A stretch of 64,000 nt of DNA from an uncultured Alphaproteobacteria bacterium (GCA_963729425.1 CAVSOF010000026.1:515451-579450), one strand, 5' to 3'. Counted from the first letter of the stretch, positions 1-15,239 are shown. A program made the numbers and translations. Notes: a model not told the origin generated them from the letters alone.

Positions 1-979
1 GCGGCCGCGTTCCTCGTCTCGCCCGCCAGCGCGGAGGTGGAGGGGCTCGCGCGCGCCTACATGGGCATCCGCGTCTGGTCGGCGCCCGCGCTGATCGCGC
101 TCTACGCGGTGACGGGCTGGCTCATCGCCGCCGAGCGCACGCGCGCGGTGCTGGTGCTGCAGCTCTGGATGAACGGGCTCAACATCGCCCTCGACCTGTG
201 GTTCGTGCTGGGCCTCGGCTGGGGCGTGCCCGGCGTGGCGGTGGCGACGCTGATCGCGGAGTGGTCGGGGCTCGCGCTCGGGCTGTGGCTCTGCCGCGAC
301 GCCTTCGCCACGCCCGCCTGGCGCGACGCCGCGCGCGTGCTCGACCTCGTCGCGCCTGCGGCGGTTCGCGAGCGTGAACGGCGACATCCTGCTGCGCTCG
401 CTGATGCTGCAGGCGATCTTCCTGTCGTTCCTGTTCCTCGCCGCGCGCGAGGGCGACGTGACGCTCGCCGCCAACCAGATCCTGCTGCAATTCCTTCATG
501 TCACCGCCTACGCGCTCGACGGCTTCGCCTTCGCCGCCGAGGCCGTCGTCGGGCAGGCGCTCGGCGCGGCGCGGCGCGACCTGTTCCGCCGCGGCGCGGT
601 CCTGACGTCGATCTGGGGTCTTGGCGCGGCTTTGGCGCTCGGGGCGGTCTTCTGGTCCGCGGGGGGCGCGGTGATCGCCGCGATGACCACCTCCGCCGAG
701 GTGCGCGCGGCGGCGGGCGGATACCTGCCCTGGATGGTCGCGGCGCCGGTGCTGGGCGCGGCGGCGTGGATGCTCGACGGCGTCTTCATCGGGGCGACGC
801 GAACGCGCGACATGCGCGACATGATGGCGGTGTCGCTGGCGATCTACGTGGCCTCGGTCGCGGTCCTGCTGCCGATGCTCGGCAATCACGGGCTGTGGCT
901 CGCCCTCCTGATCAGCTTCGTCGCGCGCGGGGCGACGCTCGGGTGGAAGTATCCGGCGCTCGAGCGGTCGGTGGGCTAG
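1..979 (+). CDS. MATE (DinF-like) efflux transporter, 5'-partial, apparent frameshift near 350
   Basis: Hydrophobic helices with MATE motifs ([39 protein letters not shown]). Continues in another frame as NGDILLRSL...LAANQIL...[20 protein letters not shown]. Confidence 0.85.
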
Positions 980-2017
980 AGCCAGCTTTCGCGGTCGGTC
1001 CCGACGGCATCGGCGACGGAGGCGAAGCCGTCGCGGGCGAGGCGCGCGTCGAGGTCGCGCGCGATGCGCCCCGCGAGCGACGGGCCGTCGTAGACGAGCG
1101 CGGTGTAGAGCTGCACCGCCGACGCGCCCGCGCGGATCTTGGCGTAGGCCGAGGCCCCGTCCGACACGCCGCCGACGCCCACGAGCGGCAGGTCGGTCAG
1201 CGTCGAGAGCCGCGCCAGCACGCGGGTGGAGCGCTCGAGGAGCGGCCGGCCCGAGAGCCCGCCGGCCTCGCCCGCATGGCGCGAGCGCAGGCCGGCGCGG
1301 TCGAGCGTGGTGTTGGTGGCGACGATGGCGTCGACCCCGCGCGACGCGGCCACGACGTCCTCGAGCTCGGCCTCCGACAGGTCGGGCGCGACCTTGAGGA
1401 ACACCGGCACGCGGCGGGGCAGGGCGTCGCGCGCGGCGAGCACGCCCGCCAGCAGCGCCGCGAGCGCCTCGCCGCCCTGGAGGTCGCGCAGCCGCTCGGT
1501 GTTGGGGCTCGAGACGTTGACGGTGGCGAAGTCGACATGCGCGCCGCAGGTGGTCAGGACGGCGGCGAAGTCCGCGGCGCGGTCCGCGCTGTCCTTGTTG
1601 GCGCCGAGGTTGAGGCCGACGACGCGGCCCGCGGGCCGCGCGGCGAGGCGGGCGGCGATGGCCTCCGCGCCGTCGTTGTTGAAGCCGAACCGGTTGATCG
1701 CCGCGCCGTCCTCGGTCGAGCCGGAACAGGCGCGGCCTGGGGTTGCCCGGCTGCGGCCAAGGCGTCGCCGCGCCGACCTCGATCCATCCGAACGCCGTCC
1801 GCGCGAGGGGGCGCAGCGCGATCGCGTCCTTGTCGAAGCCCGCCGCGAGCCCGACCGGGTTCGGCAGGTCGAGCCCCGCGAGCGTCGTCCGCAGCCGCGG
1901 CGTCGCGACCGGCCCGCCGCGCGGCCCGAGCCCCGCGCGCAGCCCGGCAAGGGCCAGCCCGTGCGCGCGCTCGGGGTCCAGCCGCCGCAGGGCCGCCAGC
2001 CCCGCGCGCTCGATCAT
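976..2017 (-). CDS. pyrD: Dihydroorotate dehydrogenase (quinone), apparent frameshift near 1717
   Basis: Motifs [32 protein letters not shown], then [38 protein letters not shown] split over two frames. ATG overlaps the DUF952 stop. Confidence 0.93.
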
Positions 2018-2349
2018 CCGAGGTCGTCGGGGAAGACGTGCGCGCCGTCCGCGAGCGGCAGCGGCCGGGCCCAGGCGACCTGATCGAGCCTGAGCGGCGC
2101 GTGGAGGTGCGGGAAGTCCTCGCCGCCGCGCGACGGCTCCCAGCGAAGGTTGTCGCGGACGGCCGCCTCCTCGACGGCGACGAGCCAGAGCCCGTCCACG
2201 TCCGCGAAGTGCCGCCGCGCGGTCTCCTCGACCTGGCCCGCGGTCGAGAAGTGGACGAACCCGTCGGCGAGATCCACGGGCGCGCCCGCGGTGACGCCGT
2301 CGGCCTCGAGCGCGCGCCATTCGGGGGTGCGGAGGAGCTTGTAGATCAT
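2014..2349 (-). CDS. DUF952 family protein
   Basis: IYK...[15 protein letters not shown]...[15 protein letters not shown]; the usual upstream neighbour of pyrD in alphaproteobacteria. Confidence 0.88.
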   Translation of the reverse strand: MIYKLLRTPEWRALEADGVTAGAPVDLADGFVHFSTAGQVEETARRHFADVDGLWLVAVEEAAVRDNLRWEPSRGGEDFPHLHAPLRLDQVAWARPLPLADGAHVFPDDLG

Positions 2350-2464
2350 GGGGGCGGGAGATGCGGCGCGGGCCGCCATGCGTCAAGGCGCGCGTCATAT
2401 CGCTTTGACATTTCCGCGCCACGACGCGCAGCATCGACCGTCACGCAACCGAGGGGACCCGCCC

Positions 2465-4021
2465 ATGACCCGACTGCTTTCCGCCACCGCCGCGCTCGCG
2501 CTGATGGCCACCGCCGCGCAGGCCGAGTTCACGCTCACGATCCTTCACACCAACGATTTCCACGACCGCTTCGAGCCGATCAACGGCAACGACGGCACCT
2601 GCGACGAGGAGCAGGCGGCCGCCGACGAATGCTTCGGCGGCGTGGCCCGGCTCAAGACCGCGATCGACGCGGCACGGGCCGAGGCGACCAACCCGATCCT
2701 GCTCGACGCGGGCGACCAGTACCAGGGCTCGCTGCTCTACACGCTCCACAAGGGCGCGATGTCGGCCGAGTTCATGCCGCAGCTCGGCTACGACGCGATG
2801 GCGGTGGGCAACCACGAGTTCGACGACGGCCCCGAGGGCATGGTGGCGCTCCTCGACGGCGTCGACTTCCCGGTCCTGTCGGCCAACATCGACGTGAGCC
2901 AGGAGCCCTCGCTCGCGGGCCGCATCGGCAAGTCCACCGTGCTCGAGGTCGGCGGCGAGCGCGTCGGCGTGGTCGGCGTGCTGGCCGAGGACACGCCCGA
3001 GACCTCCTCGCCGGGCGACAACGTGATCTTCTCCTCCATCGTCGAGGCCGCGCAGGCCGAGATCGACGCGCTCGAGGCCGACGGCGTGACCAAGATCGTC
3101 GTCCTGAGCCATGTCGGCCTGCCCGCCGACCGGCGGATGGCGGAGGCGCTGAGCGGGGTCGACGTGATCGTCGGCGGCCACTCGCACACGCTCCTGGGCG
3201 CCATGGAGGGGGCCGCGGACGCCTATCCCGTCATGGTCGGCGACGTGCCGATCGTGCAGGCCTACGCCTACGGCAAGTATCTGGGCGAGCTGGTCGTGAC
3301 CTTCGACGACGACGGCGCGGTGGTCTCCGCCGAGGGCGCGCCGATCCTGCTCGACGGATCGGTCGCGCAGGACGAGGCGCTGGTCGCGCGCGTGGCCGAG
3401 CTCGCCGCCCCGCTCGAGGAGCTCAAGCAGCAGGTCGTCGCCGAGACCGCCGCGCCGATCGACGGCGACCGGACGTCGTGCCGCGCGATGGAATGCGAGA
3501 TGGGCACGCTGATCGCGGACGCGATGCTCGACCGGGTGAAGGACCAGGGCATCGACATCGCGATCCAGAACGGGGGCGGCATCCGCGCCTCGATCGACGC
3601 GGGCCCGATCACGATGGGCGAGGTGCTCACCGTGCTGCCGTTCCAGAACTCGCTCGCGACCTTCACCGCGACGGGCGCGGACGTCGTCGCGGCGCTCGAG
3701 AACGGGGTCAGCGCGATCGCCGACGGCGCGGGGCGCTTCCCGCAGGTCGCTGGGCTGACCTACGCCTTCGACGCCGAGGCCGAGCCGGGCTCGCGCGTCA
3801 GCGACGTGATGGTGGGCGGCGCGCCGATCGACCTCGAGGCTGAGTACGGCGTGGTCACGAACGACTACGTCCGCAAGGGCGGCGACGGCTACGCGATGTT
3901 CGAGGACGCGGCCGACGCCTACGATTTCGGGCCGGGGCTCGAGGTCGTGCTGGCCGACTACGTCGCGGCCCTCGGGGCAAGCTACGAGCCCAAGCTCGAC
4001 GGGCGCATCGTCGCCAAGTGA
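2465..4021 (+). CDS. Periplasmic bifunctional metallophosphatase/5'-nucleotidase (UshA-like)
   Basis: Signal peptide (…AAQA), LHTNDFH, LDAGD, GNHEFD, GGHSH, NGGGIRA, GRFPQV. TTGACA at 2405-2410 upstream. Confidence 0.9.
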   Translation: MTRLLSATAALALMATAAQAEFTLTILHTNDFHDRFEPINGNDGTCDEEQAAADECFGGVARLKTAIDAARAEATNPILLDAGDQYQGSLLYTLHKGAMSAEFMPQLGYDAMAVGNHEFDDGPEGMVALLDGVDFPVLSANIDVSQEPSLAGRIGKSTVLEVGGERVGVVGVLAEDTPETSSPGDNVIFSSIVEAAQAEIDALEADGVTKIVVLSHVGLPADRRMAEALSGVDVIVGGHSHTLLGAMEGAADAYPVMVGDVPIVQAYAYGKYLGELVVTFDDDGAVVSAEGAPILLDGSVAQDEALVARVAELAAPLEELKQQVVAETAAPIDGDRTSCRAMECEMGTLIADAMLDRVKDQGIDIAIQNGGGIRASIDAGPITMGEVLTVLPFQNSLATFTATGADVVAALENGVSAIADGAGRFPQVAGLTYAFDAEAEPGSRVSDVMVGGAPIDLEAEYGVVTNDYVRKGGDGYAMFEDAADAYDFGPGLEVVLADYVAALGASYEPKLDGRIVAK

Positions 4022-4030
4022 GCGACGGCT

Positions 4031-4061
4031 CCGGGGCGCGGGTCCGGCCCGCGCGCCCCGG
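4031..4061. terminator. GC-rich hairpin after the 5'-nucleotidase gene
   Basis: ccggggcgcg...cgcgccccgg inverted repeat just after the stop; no U-tract. Confidence 0.4.
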
Positions 4062-4159
4062 GGCGGCGACGCGGGGCTTCCCGCATCGTAACTTCCGTTA
4101 TACGATCGAGATCCGCCGCATCGGGCGACGGGGCCCCTTCGCCGACAGGACCACCGCCG

Positions 4160-5260
4160 ATGCTCGCGCCGATCCGACACGACCAGGCCGAGCGGCTCGC
4201 GGCGATCCGGCGCTACGACCTCGGCACCCACGCGCACGAGGGCACGTTCGACGGGCTCGTGGCGCTGGCGGCGCAGGTCGCGGACTGCCCGATCGCGATG
4301 GTGTCGATCGTCCACGAGGACCGCCAGCAATTCGAGGGCTACGTCGGGATCGATGCGGCGACGGCGCAGGCGGCGGGCGCGCTCGAGGCGTCGATCTGCA
4401 GCCATGCGATCGTGCAGGGCGACGTGCTCGAGATCCCCGACCTGCGGCGCGACGCGCGCACCGCCGACAACCCGACGTGACCGGCCCCGACCCGGTGCTG
4501 TTCTACGCGGGCGCGCCGATCGTGACGGCCGCCGGGCTGCCGCTGGGGACGCTGTGCGTGCTCGACCGGACGCCGCGCCGGCTCAGCGCCTCGGCGCGCG
4601 AGGCGCTGCGGCTCCTCGCCGCGCAGGCGATGCGGTCGCTGGAGCTCCACGACGCGCTGGCCCAGCAGGACGCGATGCGCCGCGAGGTCGACCACCGGGT
4701 CAAGAACAGCCTCGCCAACGTCGCCGCGATGACGCGGATGGCCGCGCGGACCGCGCCCCCCGAGGCGCGCGAGGTGCTGGGCGAGGTCGAGCGGCGGATC
4801 ACCGTGATGGTCGAGCTGCACGGCGACCTCTACCGCGTCGACGACCCGAACGCGCCGATCGAGGTGATGGACTACCTCGGCCGCGTCGCCGGGCATCTGG
4901 GCGCGATGACGCCGCCGGGCGTCGCGCTCGAGACGCGGTTCGACCCGGTCGCGCTCGTCGAGCCGCCGGGCCTCCGCGCTGGGCGTGCTCGTCAACGAGA
5001 TGATCACCAATGCCTGCCGCCACGCCTACCCGGAGGGGCGCGGCGGGCGCATCCTGCTGACGGGGCGCGCGACGGGCGACGGGCGCTACGCGGTATCGTG
5101 CGAGGATGACGGGATCGGGGCCGTGCCCGGCGGCGACGCGCCGGGGCTGGGCCAGCGGATCATGGAGGCCTCGGCCGCGCAGCTGGGCGGGCTCCTGTCG
5201 ATGGCCGCCGGGCCCGACGGCTACCGAGCCGAGCTGGACTTCCCGCTGGTCTTCGACTGA
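4160..5260 (+). CDS. GAF sensor histidine kinase (HisKA_2/HWE type), two apparent frameshifts (near 4476 and 4956)
   Basis: GAF domain ([31 protein letters not shown]; [15 protein letters not shown]), H-box [27 protein letters not shown]. Confidence 0.82.
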
Positions 5261-5268
5261 ACGCGCCG

Positions 5269-5988
5269 ATGTGCGGCCGATACGCCCTGACGCTGCCGCA
5301 CGAGGCGATGGTGCAGCTCTTCGGCGCGGTTCCGTCCAACGACCTGCCGGGGGGGCCGCGCTGGAACGTCTGCCCGACGGTGCAGGTCCCGGTGGTGACG
5401 TCCGCCGAGGGCGGGCGGCGGCTCGTGTCGATGCGCTGGGGGTTCCTGCCGCACTGGTACGACGCGCCCACCGACGGCCCGCTCATCATCAACGCGCGCG
5501 CCGAGACGGTGGCCGAGAAGCCCGCGTTCCGCGCCGCGATCCGCGAGCGGCGCTGCCTGATCCCCGCGACCGGCTTCTACGAGTGGACCAAGGCCGGGGA
5601 CGGGACGCGGCTGCCCTGGTATTTCCAGCCGGCCGAGGGCGACGCGCTGGCCTTCGCCGGGCTCTGGCAGGCCTGGGGGCCGGAGGCTGCGCCGACCTGC
5701 GCGATCGTGAGCTGCGCCGCGGGCCCCACGATGGCCGAGATACATCACCGCGAGCCGGTCACGGTGGCGCAGGCCGACTGGGCGGCGTGGCTGGGCGAGG
5801 GCGACGCGAAGGCCGCGCCGCTCATGCGCCCCGCTCCGGAGGGGCGCATCGCGCGCCACCGGGTCGGGCGCGCGGTGAACTCGAACCGCGCCGAGGGGCC
5901 CGAGCTGATCGACCCGCTCATCGAGGAGCCGGAAACGGGCGCGGCGTCCGAGCCGAGCGTGCGTCGCGGCGGGCGGAACACGGCCTGA
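5269..5988 (+). CDS. SOS response-associated peptidase (SRAP; YedK/HMCES family)
   Basis: N-terminal [35 protein letters not shown]. Confidence 0.92.
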   Translation: MCGRYALTLPHEAMVQLFGAVPSNDLPGGPRWNVCPTVQVPVVTSAEGGRRLVSMRWGFLPHWYDAPTDGPLIINARAETVAEKPAFRAAIRERRCLIPATGFYEWTKAGDGTRLPWYFQPAEGDALAFAGLWQAWGPEAAPTCAIVSCAAGPTMAEIHHREPVTVAQADWAAWLGEGDAKAAPLMRPAPEGRIARHRVGRAVNSNRAEGPELIDPLIEEPETGAASEPSVRRGGRNTA

Positions 5989-6041
5989 CGGCGGCTCGCC
6001 TCCAACCGGCTTCAGCGTCCTGTCGGATCCTCGTCCTCGTC

Positions 6042-8047
6042 CTAGCCGTCGCCAGGGCGCCCGCCCGCCGCTCTCGCCGTGGTTCCGGCTGCCGCCCTCG
6101 CCGCGAGGTCGGGGGGCATCGCCTCCGCCGCCAGCGCGGCGATCGCGGCGTCGAGCGCCACCACCTCGGTGCGCTTCTCGCCCAGCCGCCGCAGCGTGAC
6201 CGTGCGGTCCTCGACCTCCTGACGTCCGATGGCGAGGATCGCGGGGACCTTGGCCAGCGAGTGCTCGCGGACCTTGTAGTTGATCTTCTCGTTGCGGGTG
6301 TCGGCCTCCGCCCGCACGCCGGCCGCGGTCAGCGCGGCCACGACCTCGGCCACGTAGGCGTCGGCCTCCGACACGATCGAGGCGACGACGACCTGGCGGG
6401 GCGCGAGCCAGAACGGCAGGCGGCCGGCGGAGTTCTCGATCAGGATGCCGATGAACCGCTCGAACGAGCCGAGGCAGGCGCGGTGGAGCATGATCGGGCG
6501 ATGCTTCTCGCCGTCCTCGCCCACGTAGGTCGGCGCCGAGCCGCTCGGGCAGGTTCGGGTCCACCTGGAACGTGCCGCACTGCCAGACGCGGCCGATCGC
6601 GTCGGTGAGGTAGAAGTCGAGCTTCGGCCCGTAGAACGCGCCGTCGCCCTCCTCGACGCGGTAGGGGTTGCCGGTCTGCTCGATGGCCGCGCGCAGCGCC
6701 GCCTCCACGTAGTCCCAGCTCTCGTCGGTCCCCACCCGCTTCTCGGGCCGGGTGGCGAAGGCGATGTCGAACCGCTCGAAGCCGAGGTCGCGGTAGACGC
6801 CCGCAAGGAAGTCGATGAACCGCGCGCATTCCGCCTCGATCTGCGCCTCGGTGCAGAAGACGTGCGCGTCGTCCTGCGTGAAGCCGCGCACGCGCATGAT
6901 CCCGTGCAGCGCGCCCGACGGCTCGTAGCGCGCGCAGGACCCGAACTCGGCCATCCTGAGCGGCAGGTCGCGGTAGGACTTCAGCCCCTGGTTGTAGAGC
7001 TGCACGTGGCAGGGGCAGTTCATCGGCTTGAGCGCGTTGACCGTCTTGGTCTGGGCGTGCTCCTCCTCGACCTCGACGACGAACATGTGGTCGCGGTACT
7101 TGTCCCAGTGGCCCGACCGCTCCCAGAGCGTGCGGGAGACGACCTGCGGCGTGTTCACCTCGACGTAGCCGCCCGCGCGCTGCACGCGGCGCATGTAGTC
7201 CTGCAGCACGGTGTAGATGGTCCAGCCGTCCGGGTGCCAGAACACCTGCCCCGGCGCCTCCTCCTGCATGTGGAAGAGGTCCATCTCGCGTCCGAGCCGC
7301 CGGTGGTCGCGAGCCTCGGCCTCCTCGAGGAACTTCAGATGCGCCTTCAGCTCGTCGCGGGTGCGGAACGCGATGCCGTAGATGCGCTGGAGCTGCGGCC
7401 GGGTGGCGTCGCCGAGCCAGTAGGCGGCGGAGACGCGCGTGAGCTTGAACGCGTCGGCCGGGATCTGCCCGGTATGCTGGAGGTGCGGGCCGCGGCACAG
7501 GTCCATCCACTCGCCATGCCAGTACATCCGGATCGGCTCGTCGCCCGGGATGCGGTCGATCAGCTCGACCTTGAACGGCTCGCCCGCCGCCTCGTAATGC
7601 GCCCGCGCCCGGTCGCGGTCCCACAGCTCGGTGCGCACCGGGTCGCGGGCGGCGACGATGCGCTTCATCTCCGCCTCGATCGCGCCGAGATCCTCGGGCG
7701 TGAACGGCTCGGCGCGGTCGAAATCGTAGAACCAGCCGAAGTCCCGCACGGGTCCGATCGTCACCTTCACGTCCGGCCAGATCGCCTGCACCGCGCGGGC
7801 CATGACGTGCGCGAGGTCGTGGCGGATCAGCTCGAGCGCGGGGCCGTCGTCGGCCATCGTGTTGATCGCGAGCGTCGCGTCGGCCTCGATCGGCCAGGCG
7901 AGATCGTGGTGGGCGCCGCCCACCTGCGCCGAGATCGCGCGCTTGGCGAGCGAGGGCGAGATGCGCGCGCGCCACGTCCGCCGGCGTGGTCCCGGCGGGC
8001 ACTTCGCGCGTCGCGCCGTCGGGCATGGTGAGGGTGATCGCGGCCAT
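6042..8047 (-). CDS. thrS: Threonine-tRNA ligase, two apparent frameshifts (near 7970 and 6532)
   Basis: TGS start [82 protein letters not shown]. Confidence 0.95.
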
Positions 8048-8183
8048 GGATCTCTCCGTCGTCTCGGCGCCTACGGAACGCCCGGTTGCGGGATGTCGCG
8101 GGGTGCCTAGACCCGATGCGGGCGCCGGGGCAAGCCGGGCTTGCCGCGCCGGGCGGCGCATGGGACGACGCGGACGCGAGTGA

Positions 8184-11139
<2,956 letters not shown>

Positions 11140-11144
11140 CGTCA

Positions 11145-11160
11145 TTAATCCGGCGTTAAC
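11145..11160 (+). promoter_or_regulatory. CtrA binding site upstream of cckA
   Basis: TTAA-tccggcg-TTAAC is an exact TTAA-N7-TTAAC match in the short intergenic gap, very unlikely by chance at this GC content. Confidence 0.85.
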
Positions 11161-13927
11161 GTGTTTCCTCGATACCGGCCGGGGCATGATCCTCGTTGGA
11201 GTGGCGGATTGACGGAGAGTGGGGGGATCGTGCGACGGCTCCGGGCCGGCTCCGCCGCGTTTGCCGCGATGGCGGCCGGCGCGCTCGCCCTCTCCTTCGC
11301 GGTCGCGATGCCGGTGTCCCGCGACGCGATGGTGGCCGCCGCGGCCGCGCTCCTGACGATCTTCGTGACGCTGCACCTTCTCGTCCTGCTTCGGGGCCGT
11401 GCCGCCGCGCGTCTGCGCGATCAGGCGCGCGCAGTGCTGCGCCACGACGGCGCGCCGGGCTTCCTGACGGATGCGGACGGGATCGTGGACGCGCAGAACG
11501 ACGCGGCGATCGAGCGGTACGGCGACCGGGCCGGCGAGCCGATGGCCCGCGCGCTCGAGGCCATCGCGGGCAACCCCGACGCGCTCGCCCACCGGCTTCT
11601 CGCCTCGGCGACCGCGGGCACGCGGGCGCGCGAGGATGTGGGCGCGCACGGCGCGCCCGTCCGCGTTTCGATCCACGGGGTGGGCGACGGCTTCGTCTGG
11701 CGGGTCGAGGACCTCCCCGACAACGCGCCCCCGCCCCCGGACGGCGACCCGTCGCTTCCGATGCTCGCCTACGGCCCGTCCGGGTCGATCCTCTACATGA
11801 ACGACGTGCTGCGCGCGGCGACCGGCGAGCGCCACCACCGGCTGTCCGATCTCTTCGAGCGGGTTCCGGTCGTGGATGGCGGACTGAACCGGATGCACGT
11901 CGAGGGGGGGTCGAGGGCCGTCCGCACGGTCCTCGGCCCTCCGGACGATGGGCGGCAGGAGGCCTACGTCCTGCCCGCCGGGGAGGCCGCCGACGATCGC
12001 ATCGGGTTCGACGAGCTGCCGGTGGCGCTCCTGCGGCTCGACGCGCAGGGGCGGGTGCGCGACGCGAACCGCCTCGCGCGCGACCTGCTGCCCGCGACCG
12101 CGGAGGGGGACCCGGAGGACCGCCTGGCCGCGATGGTCGAGGGGCTGGGCCGCAGCGTGCGCGAGTGGGTCGGCGAGGCGGCCGCGGGGCGCGGGCTCAA
12201 CCGGCCGGAGGTGGTCCGCGTCACCGGCGCGGAAGTAGAGACGTACCTGCAGATCACGCTCGGGCGGCCGATGGAAGACGACGAGGGCGGGCTGCTCGCG
12301 GTGCTCAACGACGCGACCGAGCTCAAGACGCTCGAGGCGCAGTTCGTCCAGAGCCAGAAGATGCAGGCGATCGGACAGCTCGCGGGCGGCGTGGCGCACG
12401 ACTTCAATAACCTTCTGACCGCGATTTCGGGGCATTGCGACCTTCTGCTGCTGCGCCACGACGAGGAGGACGAGGACTACGCCGACCTCACGCAGATCAC
12501 CCACAACGCCAACCGCGCCGCCGCGCTGGTCGGGCAGCTCCTCGCCTTCTCGCGAAAGCAGACCCTCGAGATGCAGCCGATCGACGTGCGCGACGCGCTG
12601 ACCGACCTCGCCCATCTCCTCAACCGGCTGGTAGGCGAGCGGGTCACGCTGCGGCTCGACCACGACCCGGCGGTGATCCCGATCCGCGGCGACAAGCGCA
12701 AGCTCGAGCAGGTGCTCATGAACCTCGTCGTGAATGCGCGCGACGCCATGCCCGACGGCGGCGAGATCCTGGTCGCCACGCGCTGTCGCTGGCTCGACGA
12801 GCCGCTCACGCGCGACCGGGTCACCGTCCCGCCGGGCCAGTACGTGGTGATCGAGGTCTCCGACGAGGGCCACGGGATCTCGCCCGACAACCTGAGCCGG
12901 ATCTTCGAGCCTTTCTTCACCACGAAGCGGCCGGGCGAGGGCACCGGGCTCGGCCTGTCGATGGCCTATGGGATCGTGAAGCAATCGGGCGGCTTCATCT
13001 TCGCCGATAGCGACCTCGGCGGCGGCACGCGCTTCAGCCTGTATTTTCCGGCGATGTCGCCGGAGGCGGACGAGCTCGCGGATGACGCCGACGGGGGCGC
13101 CGTCGTGGAGGGTGTCGCGTTCGATCCCGGGTTGGCGAACGCGTCCGAGCCGGTCGTGGAGCATCTCGACGACGAGGAACCGCCCGAGGAGCAGGCCGAC
13201 GTCCTGGAGGCCGATGACGCGCCCGGGGGGCGGGTAGCCGATCCCGTGCCGCCGCATTCAGACGACAACGCGCAGCCGGGGCCGGCAGCGGCGCCGATCC
13301 CCGCGAACGGCGACGCCCGGCGGGACGGGGCTTTCGATGGCATGGAGCACGTCCTCGCCGCCGTCGCCGCCTCACGGCGCGAGGCCGCTGTCGCGGCGGA
13401 GGCCGAGCCGGGAAACGTCCGGGAATCGGCGGGCGTCGATCCCGGTCACGGTGGGGAGGGCGCGGGCGTCACGCCCTTGCCACCTCTCGCGCCGGTCGAT
13501 CCGCCGTCCGCGCCGGCCGGCGACGCGGCGGACGCGGTGGACGCGGAGGTGCCGGCGCGGCCGAAGGCGGTGATCCTGCTGGTCGAGGACGAGGCGCCGG
13601 TGCGGGCCTTCGCCTCCCGCGCCCTGCGGCTGCGCGGCTACGAGGTACTCGAGGCGGAGAGCGCCGAGGCCGCGCTCGATCGGCTCTCGGATGCCGGGGT
13701 CATGGTCGACGTCTTCGTGACCGACGTGATGATGCCCGGTCTCGACGGCCCGACCTGGGTCCGGCGGGCATTGGTCGAGCGGCCGCGACGTGCGGACCAT
13801 ATTCATCTCCGGCTACACGCAGGACGCCCTGTCGGAGACGAGCGCGCCGATCCCGAACGCGATCTTCCTTCCGAAGCCCTTCTCGCTTTCCGACCTCACC
13901 CGGACCGTCGAGAAGGCGCTGCAGTAA
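11161..13927 (+). CDS. cckA: Hybrid sensor kinase CckA (start uncertain, 11161-11269; apparent frameshift near 13785)
   Basis: Two N-terminal TM segments, PAS-like region, LEAQFVQSQKMQAIGQLAGGVAHDFNNLL, NLVVNARDAM, FEPFFTTK, GTGLGL, receiver ILLVEDE..TDVMMPGLDG..ISGY..FLPKPFSL. Typical rsmB-cckA-recA order. Confidence 0.9.
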
Positions 13928-13988
13928 CGTGGGCTTCCCGTAACCATGGCCCTTGCGTCCTCGGGCGCGAGACACCAGATCGAATGTC

Positions 13989-14003
13989 GAACGGAACGTG
14001 AAC
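13989..14003 (+). promoter_or_regulatory. Alphaproteobacterial LexA (SOS) box
   Basis: GAAC-ggaacgt-GAAC is a GAAC-N7-GAAC direct repeat about 50 bp upstream of recA. Confidence 0.85.
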
Positions 14004-14053
14004 GTAAACCAAGATTGCCGCTGCGGCGGCATCGTGCGAAAAGGCGGCGATCC

Positions 14054-15136
14054 ATGGCAGCGGCGAACTTACTCGACATGACCGACAGACGCAGCGCGGA
14101 CAAGCAGAAGGCCCTGGACTCCGCGCTCGCGCAGATCGAGCGCCAGTTCGGCAAGGGCTCGATCATGAAGCTCGGGGGCGACAACGTCCTCAAGGACATC
14201 GAGTCGGTCTCGACGGGCTCGCTCGGCCTCGACATCGCGCTCGGCATCGGCGGGCTGCCGAAGGGCCGCGTGATCGAGATCTACGGTCCCGAAAGCTCGG
14301 GCAAGACCACGCTGACGCTGCACGTCGTGGCCGAGATGCAGCGCAAGGGCGGGGTCTGCGCCTTCGTCGATGCCGAGCACGCGCTCGATCCGCAATACGC
14401 CCGCAAGCTCGGCGTCGACCTCGACGAGTTGCTGATCTCGCAGCCCGACACCGGCGAGCAGGGGCTCGAGATCGTGGACACGCTGGTCCGGTCGGGCGCG
14501 GTCGGGCTGGTGGTGGTGGACTCCGTCGCGGCGCTCACGCCCAAGTCCGAGCTGGAGGGCGATATGGGCGACAGCTCCGTCGGCGTCCACGCGCGGCTCA
14601 TGAGCCAGGCGATGCGCAAGCTGACCGGCTCGATCTCGCGGTCGAACTGCATGGTCATCTTCATCAACCAGATCCGGATGAAGATCGGCGTCATGTTCGG
14701 CTCGCCCGAGACGACGACGGGCGGCAACGCACTCAAGTTCTACTCGTCCGTGCGCCTCGACATCCGCCGCATCGGCTCGATCAAGGACCGCGACGAGGTG
14801 GTGGGCAACACGACCAAGGTGAAGGTCGTCAAGAACAAGGTCGCGCCGCCGTTCAAGGTCGTCGAGTTCGACATCATGTACGGCGAGGGCATCTCGAAGA
14901 CCGGCGAGCTCCTTGACATGGGCGTGAAGGCCGGGATCGTCGACAAGTCCGGCGCCTGGTTCAGCTACGGCGACGAGCGCATCGGGCAGGGGCGCGAGAA
15001 CTCCAAGGCGTTCCTGCGCGACAATCCGTCGGTCGCCGCCGAGATCGAGGACAAGATCCGCGCCGCGCACGGGCTCGACTTCTCGATGTCGTCCGCCGAC
15101 AAGGCCGAGATCGCCGACGAGATCGTCGAGGACTGA
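14054..15136 (+). CDS. recA: Recombinase A
   Basis: [60 protein letters not shown]. Confidence 0.99.
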   Translation: MAAANLLDMTDRRSADKQKALDSALAQIERQFGKGSIMKLGGDNVLKDIESVSTGSLGLDIALGIGGLPKGRVIEIYGPESSGKTTLTLHVVAEMQRKGGVCAFVDAEHALDPQYARKLGVDLDELLISQPDTGEQGLEIVDTLVRSGAVGLVVVDSVAALTPKSELEGDMGDSSVGVHARLMSQAMRKLTGSISRSNCMVIFINQIRMKIGVMFGSPETTTGGNALKFYSSVRLDIRRIGSIKDRDEVVGNTTKVKVVKNKVAPPFKVVEFDIMYGEGISKTGELLDMGVKAGIVDKSGAWFSYGDERIGQGRENSKAFLRDNPSVAAEIEDKIRAAHGLDFSMSSADKAEIADEIVED

Positions 15137-15155
15137 TCCGCGGCCACGCGGGGGG

Positions 15156-15187
15156 AGGGGGTCGCATGCGGGCGACCCCTTTCGCTT
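15156..15187 (+). terminator. Rho-independent terminator after recA
   Basis: ggggtcgc-atgcgg-gcgacccc followed by tttcgctt. Confidence 0.65.
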
Positions 15188-15239
15188 GCCGGGCCGGGGG
15201 GGCGCGACTAGTCAGGGCCGCGCGCTCACGGGGATCGAC

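Noticed and set aside
37-3843. 1268-aa ORF and the many other long Arg/Pro/Ala/Gly-rich ORFs in the track
   Set aside because: Shadow or alternative frames of real genes caused by stop-codon scarcity at very high GC; no recognisable domains.
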